Part shown: piece after piece, positions 18,906 to 32,646 of the stretch
Layout: each line of letters starts with the position of its first letter
Position numbering within the stretch: position 1 is the first letter of the stretch
Notes under the pieces: generated by a model
What the model saw: the letters and a program-made list of their open reading frames with translations, nothing else
Told to the model about the DNA's origin: nothing
Databases searched by the model: none
Translations under genes and position numbers: made by a program
Assembly: GCF_009914755.1 (NCBI RefSeq)
Contig: NC_060937.1
Source of the DNA: the human T2T-CHM13v2.0 reference genome, Homo sapiens
DNA length: 64,000 nucleotides
Reading direction: 5' to 3' (one strand)

Positions 18906-19031
18906 CTGTTTTTTTTTCTGTGCTTCATTATTATCAACTGCAGAGGTGGAAACAAGTAAGGTTTTCTGTGCAGCCTTCAAAGCAGCTGGATTATACACTG
19001 TTTTTGTTAGGCCAGTAGATGTAGACAACAC
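18906..19031 (-). CDS. RBM26: RBM26 exon 15 (126 nt): VLSTSTGLTKTVYNPAALKAAQK...EAQKKKQ
   Basis: ttggtag|GTG acceptor, CAG|gtaagt donor. Confidence 0.96.
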
Positions 19032-20628
19032 CTACCAATACAAATTCAACTTTTAAAAATATATATCAGCCGTTCATGATATCCTATTTTCTATAAGACT
19101 CAACTTTAAAGCACTACTGTTAAACTTCAGCTTCAAAACACACTGAACTAAATGTATTTTATACTTATAATAACGAAATCATATTTGGTGATTTGAAAGG
19201 TAGAGTATAAATAATAAGCTCTAAAATTTAAAAAAATGAACACCAAATACCTATAGAAAAAAAAGTAAAGAAAAACATGAAAATGTCAAAAAGAAAAACA
19301 TTACTATTACTATATCACTGAGAAAGCATTAGTTGTTGAATACATTTACTAATATTTGTAGTGACTAAAGCAGAAACCACACTCAAGAGCATGGCACAGG
19401 AGGAAACTGGTTGCTGTCCCTCAATTTAACACAATCATTTGCAACTTCCAGTACTGAAACATACCCTATTGCATTCATTCTCCAATCCTTTGGTAGCAAT
19501 GCTCCTTCTGCTTGAACTGACCTTACTCCCCTAAACTCAGCTTAGGTTCAGCCTAACACAATCAAGACCTCTAACAAAGCCTGGATCATTTCTCTTTTCT
19601 ACCTAGGTCCTTATATGAAATTTTATTTCTTTGGCTATTAGGTAAAAATGCTATTAGCTATTTTTAGTTAGTGTCAGCTATTTAGTAAAAAAAAACGACC
19701 TGATAATATATTAATTAATGTGTCTTTTCCCCCGTCTACAATGTAAGGGCATTAACATAAAGACTTGCCTTTCTCTTCTGCGCATCTTCCAGTACCTAAG
19801 TCTTGCCACCAACTAATTATGAGGCCACGGGTAAGATTAAGTACCATTCTGGGCCTCAGTTTGCTCATCTATAAAATAAAGAAGATGAACATGATGGTGT
19901 CTAAAGTCCTTACAAACCCAAAAATGCATTCCAAGAGGGCAGAGATTTTGCTTGTTTTTTAACTTGGTTCAGTGCTACAAACAGTGCCAGGGCACAGGGT
20001 AAGTACTCAAAAAACATTTCTGCACTAAACTAGACTGAAATGACTATAGGTCAGAGTGGACAACCTTTTCTATACAACGGTCAGCTCAAAAAAAAAAAGT
20101 ATTGGGTATCTTTTTTATCCTTCAAAAGAAAAACAGTTTAAGTTCCACGGGGTGACTGGTTACTGGTTCTTAAAAAGAAGCCTAGGAATCCCTGTAGGGT
20201 GATCTACGAATGCTATAAAACTAAACATGAAAGCATGTGTGTGAACACTGCAATTTTTCTAAGGAAAAACATTGTTTTCTAAAGTCATTGTTTCTAAAGG
20301 AGTTCATGACCTAAATAAGGTTAAAAGAACTACTCAAGTTTAAGAGTATAAATGAGAAAAGTGGCCCTATTTTTTAGCCACTGAAACATTAACATCTGGT
20401 TAACAGGTAAGTAGCAATCTGAAGACTACTTTCTAATCTTTCATCATGAAATTTGATTAGGGAACATCACAAATCGCTATTCTAAGTATTCAAGAAAGTG
20501 TTAGCCTCTAAACGAAATAAAAACCTAAAATATTATAATTGTACTAGTTTCATACAGTACAGCTGATATTTAAAAAGAAAGGTTCTTAACAATATTTGAT
20601 GTGTATTAAAATTTGATCAATTATTATA

Positions 20629-20912
20629 TTTGTGAGACAGGGTCTCACTTTGTCACCCAGGCTGGAGCATAGTGGCCCAGATCTCGGCTCACTGAAACTT
20701 CCACCTCATGGGCTCAAGTGATCCTCAGCCTCCCAAGTAGCTGGGACCTCAGCCGCGCACCACCACACCCGGCTAATGTTTTGTATTTTTTGTAGAGACA
20801 GGGTTTCTCGCCATGTTGCCCAGGCTGGTCTCAAACTCCTGAGCTCAAGCAATCTTCCTGCCTTGGCGCCCCAAACTGTTGGGATTATAGGTGTGAGCCA
20901 CCATACTCGACC
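20629..20912 (-). mobile_element. AluJ, minus strand
   Basis: Reverse Alu consensus (gagacagggtctcac...ctcctgagctcaagcaatc). Confidence 0.92.
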
Positions 20913-21899
20913 AATTAAACAAAGATTTTGTTTGTGGTCAGACTTCAGTGACCTTTCTTTGTAATTCTAGAGAAAAATTTCTTCCATGCTACCTAACCAC
21001 AGCACAAAATGCCAAACCACATGACTATACAAAGACAAGACAATATATTAGTAGAGAAACACAGGATAAACTGAAAACAGAGCCTAATTAAGTTTCACAA
21101 ACTGTTTTCTTCATGAGGATTCCATAAGTTGAAAAGTTGTGGCCAAAAGAAAAAACTCCTAATTATTTAAGTGTGAAACAATGAATATCGTAACCCAATT
21201 TTCCAGTTTTTAATTTATATTATCTTCATAATAAAAGCAGTGAGAAGCCAAGAACAAACCCATATAATTTATTTAACCAAGTATTTCTCCAGTTTCAGTG
21301 AGAATACTCCTTTTCAAATCATTTTTGACATGTAGTATCAGACTAAGGAGTGCTGGTTCAAAGTGAATAAAAGTATCTGACAATGATAAGACTCCTTTAT
21401 TCCTAGAAGTATTCCCATTTCCTTTTTTATCCAGGAACATCCTTCTGTAAAACTAGAACATCCACGAATGTGACTAAGGCTACAACTCAGTGACTGTAAG
21501 ACAAACTATCATTTATGTACCCCTACTAAAGAAAAAAAGGCTGCCAATCATAACCTGTGTCTAACAATTATAAGACACAGCCCAACGTCAGAGGTGTTAA
21601 AATGTAAAAATGTGACTTATAAACAATGAACTATATTGTTCACTATTTGAATCTATCTGGTTCTGGAGATTAGACAGTTTGGATAGTAAGAGACACATGT
21701 ATTTTCAAAAGAAGAAAATCTATTAAAACTGAAATTAGTGGAGGGAAGTAACGAGCCCAACAGAAAAGAAGATACTCCAATTCCTAAGAACAGAGACAGT
21801 GACTTCTCCAAACAACCACATTTCTATATTGCAAATGCATTTCTATATGTGCTATAATTTTTACATATTTACTTCTATACATCTTACTACACTTACTTA

Positions 21900-22515
21900 A
21901 TCCCAACTGTGTGAATTATTTTGAATTTTCTATATCTACAACCATGTCATCTGCAAGTAAACAGTTTTATTTCCAATCTTTATATGGTTTATTCTATTTT
22001 CCTTCCTTAGTGCACCCATGAGTCTCTCCAGTACAATACTAAAAAAAATAAAAGTGATGCAAATGGACATCCTTGTCTTTCCCAACCTCAAGGAAAAACA
22101 GTCAATATTTCACAATTGAATATTATGTTAGCTGTAGTTTTTTTTCTTTTATTGCAGATTTCCTTCATCAAATTAAAACAGTTTTTCTCTATTCCTCCTT
22201 TGCAGAGTGTTTAATGTAACTAAGTAACAGAACACTTTCTCTACTGAGCTAATCATCTAGAGTTTTTTCCTCCCTCATTCTACTAACATCAATTAAACTG
22301 ATTTTTCCAATGGTAAATCAACCTTGAATTTCTGGAATAAATACTACCTGGCCATGAATGATTATGTATTTCATGTATCACTGGACATTTGCTAATATTT
22401 TCTCTAGGATATTTGTGTCTATGTTCATGACAGATGTTGGTCTGTAATTTTCCTTTCTTATAGTATATTGTCAGGTTTGGTATGCTGAACTCAGAAAATA
22501 AGTTGAAAAGTATCA
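21900..22515 (-). mobile_element. Old L1 ORF2 remnant
   Basis: atgtcatctgcaa...ggacatccttgtctt...tctaggatatttgtgtctatgttcatga antisense L1 text. Confidence 0.75.
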
Positions 22516-23159
22516 TGTGCTGTGTTGTTAAAATGTATAGCACTAATACCTCTTATTTTCCCTAAAGAGAGGGAGGTTACAATCCATTAACACCTCCTTA
22601 TTTTATTTCCTATGTAAAATAATACCAGCCACAATAACTATAAGTAATCGTAAAGAAAGAGAAAAACAGCTGTTTTTCATAGATAAGAATGGAAGGGAAA
22701 AAGTATTTTGTAAAATTAAGTTATCCGAGTATGATTTTTCAATAACCAATGCCTAAGTAGAAATTAAATACAAATATAGTTATGATATCTAGCAGCCACA
22801 CTCACAATAAATAGCTCCAACAGGTTTTTAAAGCAGAAATACATTGGTTTAATGCAATCAAAAGACAGTATGAGGAGCTATGTGTAGGAAACGTATTAAT
22901 ACAGTTACTGTATGGTCAGTTTTCATAGTAAGTAGTCACCTGTTCAGTAAATCTGAATGTTCGTTTATGATATTCACTTAAAGCAGCACACAGATGTGCG
23001 TTCTGTATCAAACCTGAGAATTCTGGTGAGAAGAATGGGATTTTGGTTTAAAGTTCAGTTTATACATACTTTTAGATATTAATCGTTTTTAAATTTCAAG
23101 AACACAAAGTATGTTTTAATGCACTGATCTACCTTATCTTTTTTGTAGCTTTCAAAATT

Positions 23160-23652
23160 TTATTCTTTTAATTGACAAAAACTGTATAGAGATGTCCCTT
23201 AACTTATGATGGGGCTATATCCATTGTAAGCTGAAATACCATTTAAGTTGAAAATACATTTTCAACTTGTAAGTAATAAATGCATCATCAAATTGAAAAA
23301 CTGTTAGTCAAGTCACCGTAAGTTGATGACTGTCTGTGTATTTATCATGTACAACATGCTGTTTGAAATATATACACTGTAAAATGGCTAAGTCAAGCTA
23401 ATTAACATTTGTATTACGTCACTTTTTTTTGTGGTGAGCTGCTTTCTTGGCAATTTTCAAGAATGCAACACATTGTTATTAACTATAGTCACCACGTTGT
23501 ACTATAGATATCTTTAATTTATTTCTTCTATCTAACTGAAGTTTTATATCTTTTGACCAACATTTCCCAATCCCCTGTCCTCAGCCACTGGTAACCACCA
23601 TTCTACTCTCTGCTTCTATGAGTTCAACTTTTTAAGATTCCACATATAAGTG
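23160..23652 (-). mobile_element. L1MA 3' end interrupted by a MER47/Tigger5-like MITE (~23189-23336)
   Basis: L1 text aattgacaaaaactgtata resumes as tttatcatgtacaacatg after an insert with decayed TIRs (gagatgtcccttaacttatgatgg...cgtaagttgatgactgtctg). Confidence 0.75.
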
Positions 23653-23927
23653 AAATAGACAAAGGGATTAAAAGAAACAAAGATTAAAAAACTTGCAGAG
23701 AAATATTTTAACAAACATCAAAGTAAAAAATATGTACAGCTAGTAATGAATTTTTGCTACACAAATAGCTTAGTTACTACAAAGTTCAGCAAAGCTAATA
23801 CACTCAAATAAATTAATTTCATATTTTCCTGAAAAAAAAATGCAGGTAATAATCCTGAGAGGCCACTGAATTAAAAAATAAAAATTAAAAATAGTCAATA
23901 ACAGTTAAGAAAAAAAAACTATGATAA

Positions 23928-24227
<300 letters not shown>

Positions 24228-26849
24228 AAATCCCTCTAAATCTTTTAACTAGCAAAGTTACACAACAAATTCAAATTTCAAAAATCCAAGGAAACATATT
24301 AAGATTTGCTTAGCATCTACACAATGGCACCTGCTAAATCAACAGGTGAAGTTTCTCTATAACATGCAATATTCTTTTAATTATACCACACAATTTTCCT
24401 TTTAAAAGTTCCATGGTATAGATGTTAATATATCATCATGCAGAGACCAAGATATATTTTTACATTGCAAAAACCACAAGAACAATAACATCCTGTATCA
24501 TAAATCTGATATTTAAAGCTGATATGATAAAGAAGATTAAATATTCCACTGGTTACGCAGTTTGCCTTCTTAGAATTTAGAAGGGATTCAGCAAGATAAT
24601 TTGAACGGTCTTAAGTCTGTTTTAAAAAACTAACCAGGACAGTATACACAGATGTAGCCCTTTATTCTTCATGAATTTCTTTAGTAAGCAGAGGCACTCA
24701 AACATAATTTATCAAATCTATTCACATAATAACTAAATACCTCTTGCAATATCTTCATATTTACCAGCAGCAATTACGTTTTAACTTTCCTCTCTTCTAG
24801 CCTCCTCACGAAAATGGGGTCTCAGGATAAAGAATAATCACTAAAGGTTTTACTGTGTGTTGTTGATAGGGAAGGTATAAAATGTTACATTTGTGTATTT
24901 ATTTAGTTTAATAATGACATAGGATACTGTATAGATACAAGCTTTGGGTTTTCCCCTGCCTTCATTTTTTTTAAAAAAAGAATCTTTCAACTAATATTTG
25001 ATGATGGGGAACATTCTTCTATTCTTTCTAAGACTTCTTTGAATCACTGCCCTGTAAGTATTTTGGACCCAAACCCCCTAAGGATTAGGGGAACAGAAAC
25101 AACAAAAATAAGCAAAAATAAAATGTTTCTCTGTAAAGACACTCACTGAAGATGAATAAAAGTTACATACTTACTGTTTTCCTTAATAGGCTGTTTACGG
25201 TATTTATCAAAAATATTTTTCCCCATAAATAGCTTGCTACCATAAATGATTTTTTTCCCATAAAAATTCAGTTAGTAGTTTATTGCATTAGCATAATATA
25301 TGGGTATATATATTAGTCTATGCATTAGTAAAGTTATATTATCAACTACAAATTTGTACTCACAATACACTGCAAAAATTTTATAAAAGCTATGAGTACA
25401 CACTTCAATTTCAAAAGTCCAAATCTGACATTACAGACTCCAAATATAACTGAGCATTTTAGATGTCTCTAGAATTTCTCAGTAGTACACTAAGTACAGC
25501 TGAACTTAGTGTTAAATTTTATTTTACATTTAATTGACAGAACTGTACATATTTATGGGGTACAGTGTGATGTTTTGATACATATATACATTATGTAATA
25601 ATCAAAATCTATCACCTCAAACACTTCCAGTGTTTCTTTTTTCTGAAATACTTATTTTCAATGAGGATAAACCTAATCCAAGTAAGTATTTGATACTGCT
25701 AAATTTAGTAGCACAGACTAAGCAGCACAGAAATTCCAAGGAGGAGGTGGGGATAACAGAAAAATCTGGAGGTTTCATGGGAGATGTTAGAGAGACTTTC
25801 ACTCTTTAAATAATGACTGGAATTTAGTTGGGGCGGGGGGGGGAAATGCACTCCAGAAAAATCACCACCAAAAAAATAAAATAAAATAATAAAAGTCAGG
25901 AAAGGCCAAAGGAAAACGAGCAGAAAAGTACTCCCTTGGGTAAAAAGACTAGAGCAGAAGTAATAGAACCAGAATTATTGAGTTATCGATGAGCTGTGAA
26001 TCAAGGAAAGTAATTTAGCTGAGAAACTCAAAGTTTCTATAATGAATTAACGCCAAAATAAGTCTGAGTGTAAGATGGTGACAGTATAAACTAGACGAGG
26101 GGAATTCCAGGATGCCAGTTAAGACACTGCACCCAGAGGCTAGGGAACTGAAGGTGGCAGAAAAAGAAGTGGTCTACAAACACAAGCAAATGATTGTAAG
26201 GCTTTTGGATCACACAGCTTAGAAAATGGTGTTATCACTTTCTGAGCTAAGGGCTAGGATAAATTAATTTATATAGGAAATAATGAATTCATTTTAGGCA
26301 CATTATGCCCGAAGTAATGCTGAGATGCCCAAGAGCAAAGTCTGATACACAAACTCAGATTCAAATACCTAAAACTGCCAAAGTTTAACATTGTAAATAA
26401 AGAAAATAATATACTGAAGAATATAGTGAAGACAGCAGGGCAGCTATCTCACTGATGCATTATCTCTGAAATTGATTCCCAATCTTCAGACTGAAAAGAG
26501 CCATGGACTAAAAATAGGAGCCCCAAATTCTAGTTCTGGCTCAGTGACTCACAGTATACAGATGAAATCATAACACTGTTTGGGCCTTGACTTTAAGATA
26601 AGCATATAGAACTAAGAAAGATTATTTAATTCTCACATTCTGTGATTTCATATGCCTCAAATAAAATCAAAGACAAAGTATTTACTCATACTTAAACAAA
26701 AAAAAAATAACATCTACACAGAACTATAAGATATATCCATAAATGGTCTTGATTTAATAAATATTTACCCCCCTTCATTTAAAAAAAAAGAAATGACTAT
26801 ATGTATTGTTATGCTACCTCTATTACTGTTTAGTAATAAGTGAAAAACT

Positions 26850-27070
26850 TACATTTACATCATCCTTTCCAGTTTACAAAAATATTTGTAAATAAATGAT
26901 TTTATTTGATCTTCAGAAAACCCCATGAGCAAGATAAATATTACCATCACCATTTTACCGATGAGTAAAAAGATTCAGAAAAATTAAGAACACTGCCCAA
27001 CGTCATGCAGTTAGTAAGTGAAGAGCCAGGGCTCAAACTCAGGTGAAATTCCTAATCATGGCCCTTTCTA
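26850..27070. mobile_element. MIR (one of about ten MIR remnants in the window)
   Basis: Core cattttaccgatgagtaaaaagattcagaaaaattaag...tgcccaacgtcatgcagttagtaagtg. Confidence 0.7.
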
Positions 27071-27380
27071 TTAGGCTGCCAGAGTTGTCAAATCAAAATG
27101 CACAGTATCTCTAAAGAAAACAAAGTAAATAAAAAGAATAAAACAAAGAAAAGGAATGGAGTACATGGAAATATAGTGGGAGGCAAGTATTAAAATGCTG
27201 ATGCAAAAGTAAAAAAAGGAAAATATTTTTCTTTTTCAGCAAATGGAAACCAAAGGTAGGAAAAGATACAGATACTATTAAGAAGCAAGAGTTTAGAACT
27301 ATGAAAAAAAATTAAAAATTAAGATGCCACCTGAAAACATTTATGAAGCCAAGACAAACACATCATGCTATTCTTCTTAC

Positions 27381-27452
27381 CTTTTCAGTTGCTGAAACAG
27401 ATGGCTTTGATACAAAACCCAACCTGTCCTTCACAGATAACTTAGTTACATT
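27381..27452 (-). CDS. RBM26: RBM26 exon 14 (72 nt, likely cassette): NVTKLSVKDRLGFVSKPSVSATEK
   Basis: ttttttag|AAT acceptor, AAG|gtaaga donor; phase 0-0; matches the recalled long-isoform peptide. Confidence 0.93.
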
Positions 27453-28666
27453 CTAAAAAAATTAAAATGGACATATTCAGTGTTTCCCCAAACATATAAA
27501 AGTCTGTTGGGATCTTGAACATTCTGATTCTACTAATATATACAGAGTCTATGAGTATACCAATACTAACCACAAAAACTTGGTCCTTCTTAAAAGAGAC
27601 AGAAAGAAAATATGTGGGAAAACAAAAATAAACAGTATGCAATATTATTCAATCATGAAAAATGATGTAAACTAAGAGGTCTGAGCCACGTGGTTGCTAA
27701 AGTCCCTGCCACTGACACAGAATAAATTAGGAGAAAATCTCAAATTTTAAAAATTAAAATATATGCCCACTTACTGAGCTTAAAAATAGTGCCAACTTCT
27801 TCTAAAGTATGTTTATTTTATATCCAAATATACTGTATTTGGTGATAATTTGGGATGATAGGACTGGGAATTTTTTAAATTAACTAATAATTTACCAATA
27901 GACATTCTGCATGTCCTTGCAGAAATTCAGCATCTTACTCTTCAGGAATTATCTAGGAAGACTACTTTAATAAGGTGGCATCCACTAGCTAAGTAGGACA
28001 CTACATCCTAACTCTATTTTACACAGCAAATGCTGAAACATCGGGAGACAAAGGAAAGCTAAGTTTCAGAGACTGAGAATGTAGAAACAAGAAACTGCCA
28101 CTCAAGTGTTGAAGGAAGTGGGAAGGAAATGATATATGGAGAAAAGAATCCCAGAGTCAGGAATAAGTGATGCAAAGTTATGAGAGAGCAGTCTAAGTAC
28201 TTAAAACAGTATAATATCAAGCATGCTTAACTTGATGGTTTAAGCCTTCCCTTACCATAAGCTTTTAGTTTAGTTCAGTCTACTACACAATTATCTCTGG
28301 AACAGAATTCTAATTAAGTAAAAAGATGATGGAAAAAATAAGATTTAATGTACTCAACTTCACTCTTCGGGCAGTTTTGCTGACATGTATCTCCTCCACA
28401 AAGTGAGAGAGAAATCTTTCTCATAAATATTAACTGGAGAGAGGAATTTAAGATTTAAATACTATAGGAAAAGTAGAGACTGAGAAAATGTTATGGTAAT
28501 GGTAAAAATTAAAAAAAAAAAAACAACCTTATAGGTGGGGTTCAAATATGTAAAGACTATCATATTTCTATGTAAAATATATACAATTAACTATAATTCA
28601 AATCACCAAGGGAAACTAAATTACTGAGAACCTATTACGGGCACAATCGTAAGACCTTTGCTTTAC

Positions 28667-28798
28667 CTGAGGAAGGTCTGAAGAGGCACTCTGGGCTTCT
28701 GCAGGTTCAATAGTACTTGAAGGTACTGGACCCAGCCGCTCTTTGACTGACTGCTTCACAACAGGCAAAATGGGCTGCTGGACTAAAGGCTGCATTAC
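28667..28798 (-). CDS. RBM26: RBM26 exon 13 (132 nt; alternative acceptor at 28789 removes VMQ): VMQPLVQQPILPVVKQSVKERLGP...SDLPQ
   Basis: tctgag|GTA or atgcag|CCT acceptors, CAG|gtaaag donor; ORF 28616..28840. Confidence 0.94.
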
Positions 28799-29447
28799 CT
28801 CAGAACAAGGAAAAAATGTTAAACAAGTTGATTCATTCAAAAGGATGGAAAGTGACCTGTGTTATTTTGTTACTACATTGCCCATGCAGAGAAAGTTTTT
28901 AAAATGCAGCTTATAGTCAAAACCTAACTGCCTTCTAATTTCATCCACACATATACAAAGATGTTTTCTTTGCATAAAATAACTTATTTACTGGAATAAA
29001 TTAAAGTCCAACTTTCAATATCTTCTAACAATCAAAACCCATACTGTTGTAATATACCTCTATAAACACTCTAACATTACACACCGATGGGGGTTGGGAC
29101 AAAAAGGAGGGAGAAAGGGGAGAGGGGAAAGAAGAGAGAATCTCTAAGATGAACCTACAGTCTAAATTTCTGGAATATACATAGCTGAGTACTCCTATCT
29201 GCCACGGACTATTCCATATGTCTCACATACACCATGCTGTTCTTTCAACTAGCAATTAACATCACAATTATGAGAAAACAGGTTAGAAAGGTTGAGTAAA
29301 TTTTTCAAGTCTTTACAGGTAACAGAAGCTAAATGCAGAACCAGGGTATGAACTCAGGCCTACTTGATTCCAATGCCTCTACTCGTAAACGCTATGCTAA
29401 GAGCTTTCTAAGAAATGCACGTACTTTTACACAAATTCCTCTCTTAC

Positions 29448-29612
29448 CTTTGGAGAAGTAGTTTGTAACTGTTGGGTGCTTCCTTCTCTGTGCCAATAAA
29501 CCTTAATAAAGCGATTGTTTAATACTGCTTCCGTACTTGATATTGCTTTCTTTGCTTCTTCGTATGTTGCAAATTGGATTAGGGCACCTTCAGGATCACC
29601 ATTATAAGCAAC
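29448..29612 (-). CDS. RBM26: RBM26 exon 12 (165 nt), RRM1: VAYNGDPEGALIQFATYEEAKKAISSTEAVLNNRFIKVYWHREGSTQQLQTTSPK
   Basis: tcttag|GTT acceptor, AAG|gtaaga donor; hand-translated. Confidence 0.97.
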
Positions 29613-30228
29613 CTAAGATTTAAAATATTAAGAACAGTGAATTTCCAAAGGAATCTGTTGCTTCATAGAGTAAAATTCCCCAGTAAGTGAAATACTGGTC
29701 CTTCCAAGTAAGATTCTGTATTTATACTTCCTGGTATCTGGATTAGTAGACCACAGTCTACTTTTACTCCAGAAGAAATAGTAACCAAGGATTGTTCACA
29801 GCATAAAAAGAGTTCCTCTATATAATAGCAGAGAAAGTCGACTGCATAAATGTTACATATAGGCATTCAAAGTGTTTCCCTTTTTATTCCCAATTTTAAT
29901 AGCAACTATGAGAAACAATCCCTATTGTCAATAAATGACATGGCAAAGATCCACAGAATCTGAAGAAGGCAGTAAATTACTTTGCAAGGGGTTATCTCTA
30001 ATAAAAAATTACAGAAAAATCCATCTGAACAATTGCCCAAATTTGTAATTCTCACATTTCCAAAAGCACAAGAAAATTTAAGAACAAAAAAAAGAGACCA
30101 TGTAACAACAGCATCAATCACATTTGATACATGAGAAAACCGAGATTTCAAGGAATGTGATTCTATAGACACTTACAGCTAATAAGTAATAAATCCAAGA
30201 CTTTTCACTTCAAATTCCTATTCTTTCA

Positions 30229-30620
<392 letters not shown>

Positions 30621-32096
30621 TAGTTGGAATCAAACTGCCTGGCTCAAACTTTGGCAGCTACTCTCACATGAACATGATCAAGTTACTTAACCTTTCTGGG
30701 CCTTGTTTTCTTTTTCTACAAATGAGAATAACCATATCCACTCTTCAGTGTTAAGAATTAAATAATTCACTTAGAACAGAGATTGTACACAGTCAGAAGT
30801 ATTCAATAAACATTAATTATAACTATAAAGATAATTTTGGTAACATTTTAATAATTATACATTTTTTAAGACTTTATAAACATCAATTTCATCACTATGT
30901 TTAATTAGCATGAAGCTAAAGAGTTTTGAAAATTGATTTTGAAAAACATGTTTTAAGAACAATAATACAGGTAGTACACAGACATGGCAAAAGAACCAAT
31001 CAACAGAAGATTTCAACCTCACTTGTAATTGAGTAAATGCAAATAGAAGCAATAGTGAGATATGTTTTGCCCCTCAGCTTTAAAAAAAATTTTAAATATT
31101 ACCAGTGTAGTTAATTGTGTGAAGAATATTTTGAAAACCTTTTTATGACTAGATATAGTGGTAGATCAAATGAAATTGCCATAAAAAGACAACTCAAAGA
31201 TATTCAAGATTAAGTAAATAACCACAGGGTAATGTGTATACTATGGGCTCATAAATAGTTTTAAGTTTGTGTACAGATAAATAGACACAGAATTGTGTAA
31301 CAATCTAAAATAACACATGATAAACTGTTAACAATAATGTAATTATAGATGGGCAGGGGAATGGAATAGACAGTTGAAAGGGAACCATTTCCTTTAAATT
31401 CTATGTATATATCTCTGTTGCCCTACCTGAATCAAACATGAATCTTTTTCCCGCTCTATTACTTTTATAGTACTTTTCAATGGCAAGAAAACCAAACTTT
31501 CCAAAACATCCTAAGTTGTTAGGATGAACTGTATCCTCTAAAATTTGTTTTTATTAAATTATAAAATATAATTATTTTAATTGCAAAAAGAACACCATAC
31601 AAAATGGGGGAAAAATTCAACATACTATTTCAACACTTTCACCATATCACATAATATAAACTCAATACTAAAAAAAACACCCAAGTTACATATACCCAAG
31701 CCAAGGTCTAATTATAGGTGCAGTCAAATACAAATTACTGTTAGTGTTACTTACCTTGAAGAATATTCAAAAGTGGTAAAGAAAAAGTAAATGTTTAAAC
31801 TAATTACAGATTACAAGGTATCTGGGCCCCAAAAGTCTCTATTAAGTGCATCCCACCATAGGAGTGACAAAAATCTGACTAAAATTTCTGCTGAAATGAT
31901 TTTGAGAAACTGAGGAACTGAAAACTATTGTAAGATTGGATTTTACCAGTTTGATTAACTTTGCTGTAGTTTTATGACAACCTTTATTAGGTAAAAAGTT
32001 TATGATAATATGATCAATTGAAACACTAAAAATTGTATTTTTTCCTAAAAGGTAGAGTTCCATTTCATGTCCAATTTTCCCAATTCAGAATAACAA

Positions 32097-32396
<300 letters not shown>

Positions 32397-32486
32397 TAAA
32401 ATATTTATTTATAAAGGTAGTTTTCTTATTACATTAAGTTCCCTAAACAGAAAGAAGAGATAACAAAACCATTTCATGGCTCTTAC

Positions 32487-32646
32487 CTGTAAGTTAACCA
32501 AGGTTCCAAATCGACTAAAATGTTCATTAAGTTTGCTGATATTATTTAATTCTGGAGGAACTTTTCTAAGTTCAAGCTTGGTATTTTCATTTCCAAATTG
32601 AACCTTCTTCTGAAAGCCTGGGCTGTTTGTTCTATTAAAATTTGGT
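32487..32646 (-). CDS. RBM26: RBM26 exon 11 (160 nt), start of RRM1: PNFNRTNSPG...NEHFSRFGTLVNLQ
   Basis: tttgcag|A acceptor, CAG|gtaaga donor; ORF 32409..32672. Confidence 0.97.

Noticed and set aside
22289-22543. ORF with faint reverse-transcriptase-like text
   Set aside because: Frameshifted remnant of an old L1 ORF2; no intact retroelement is present.
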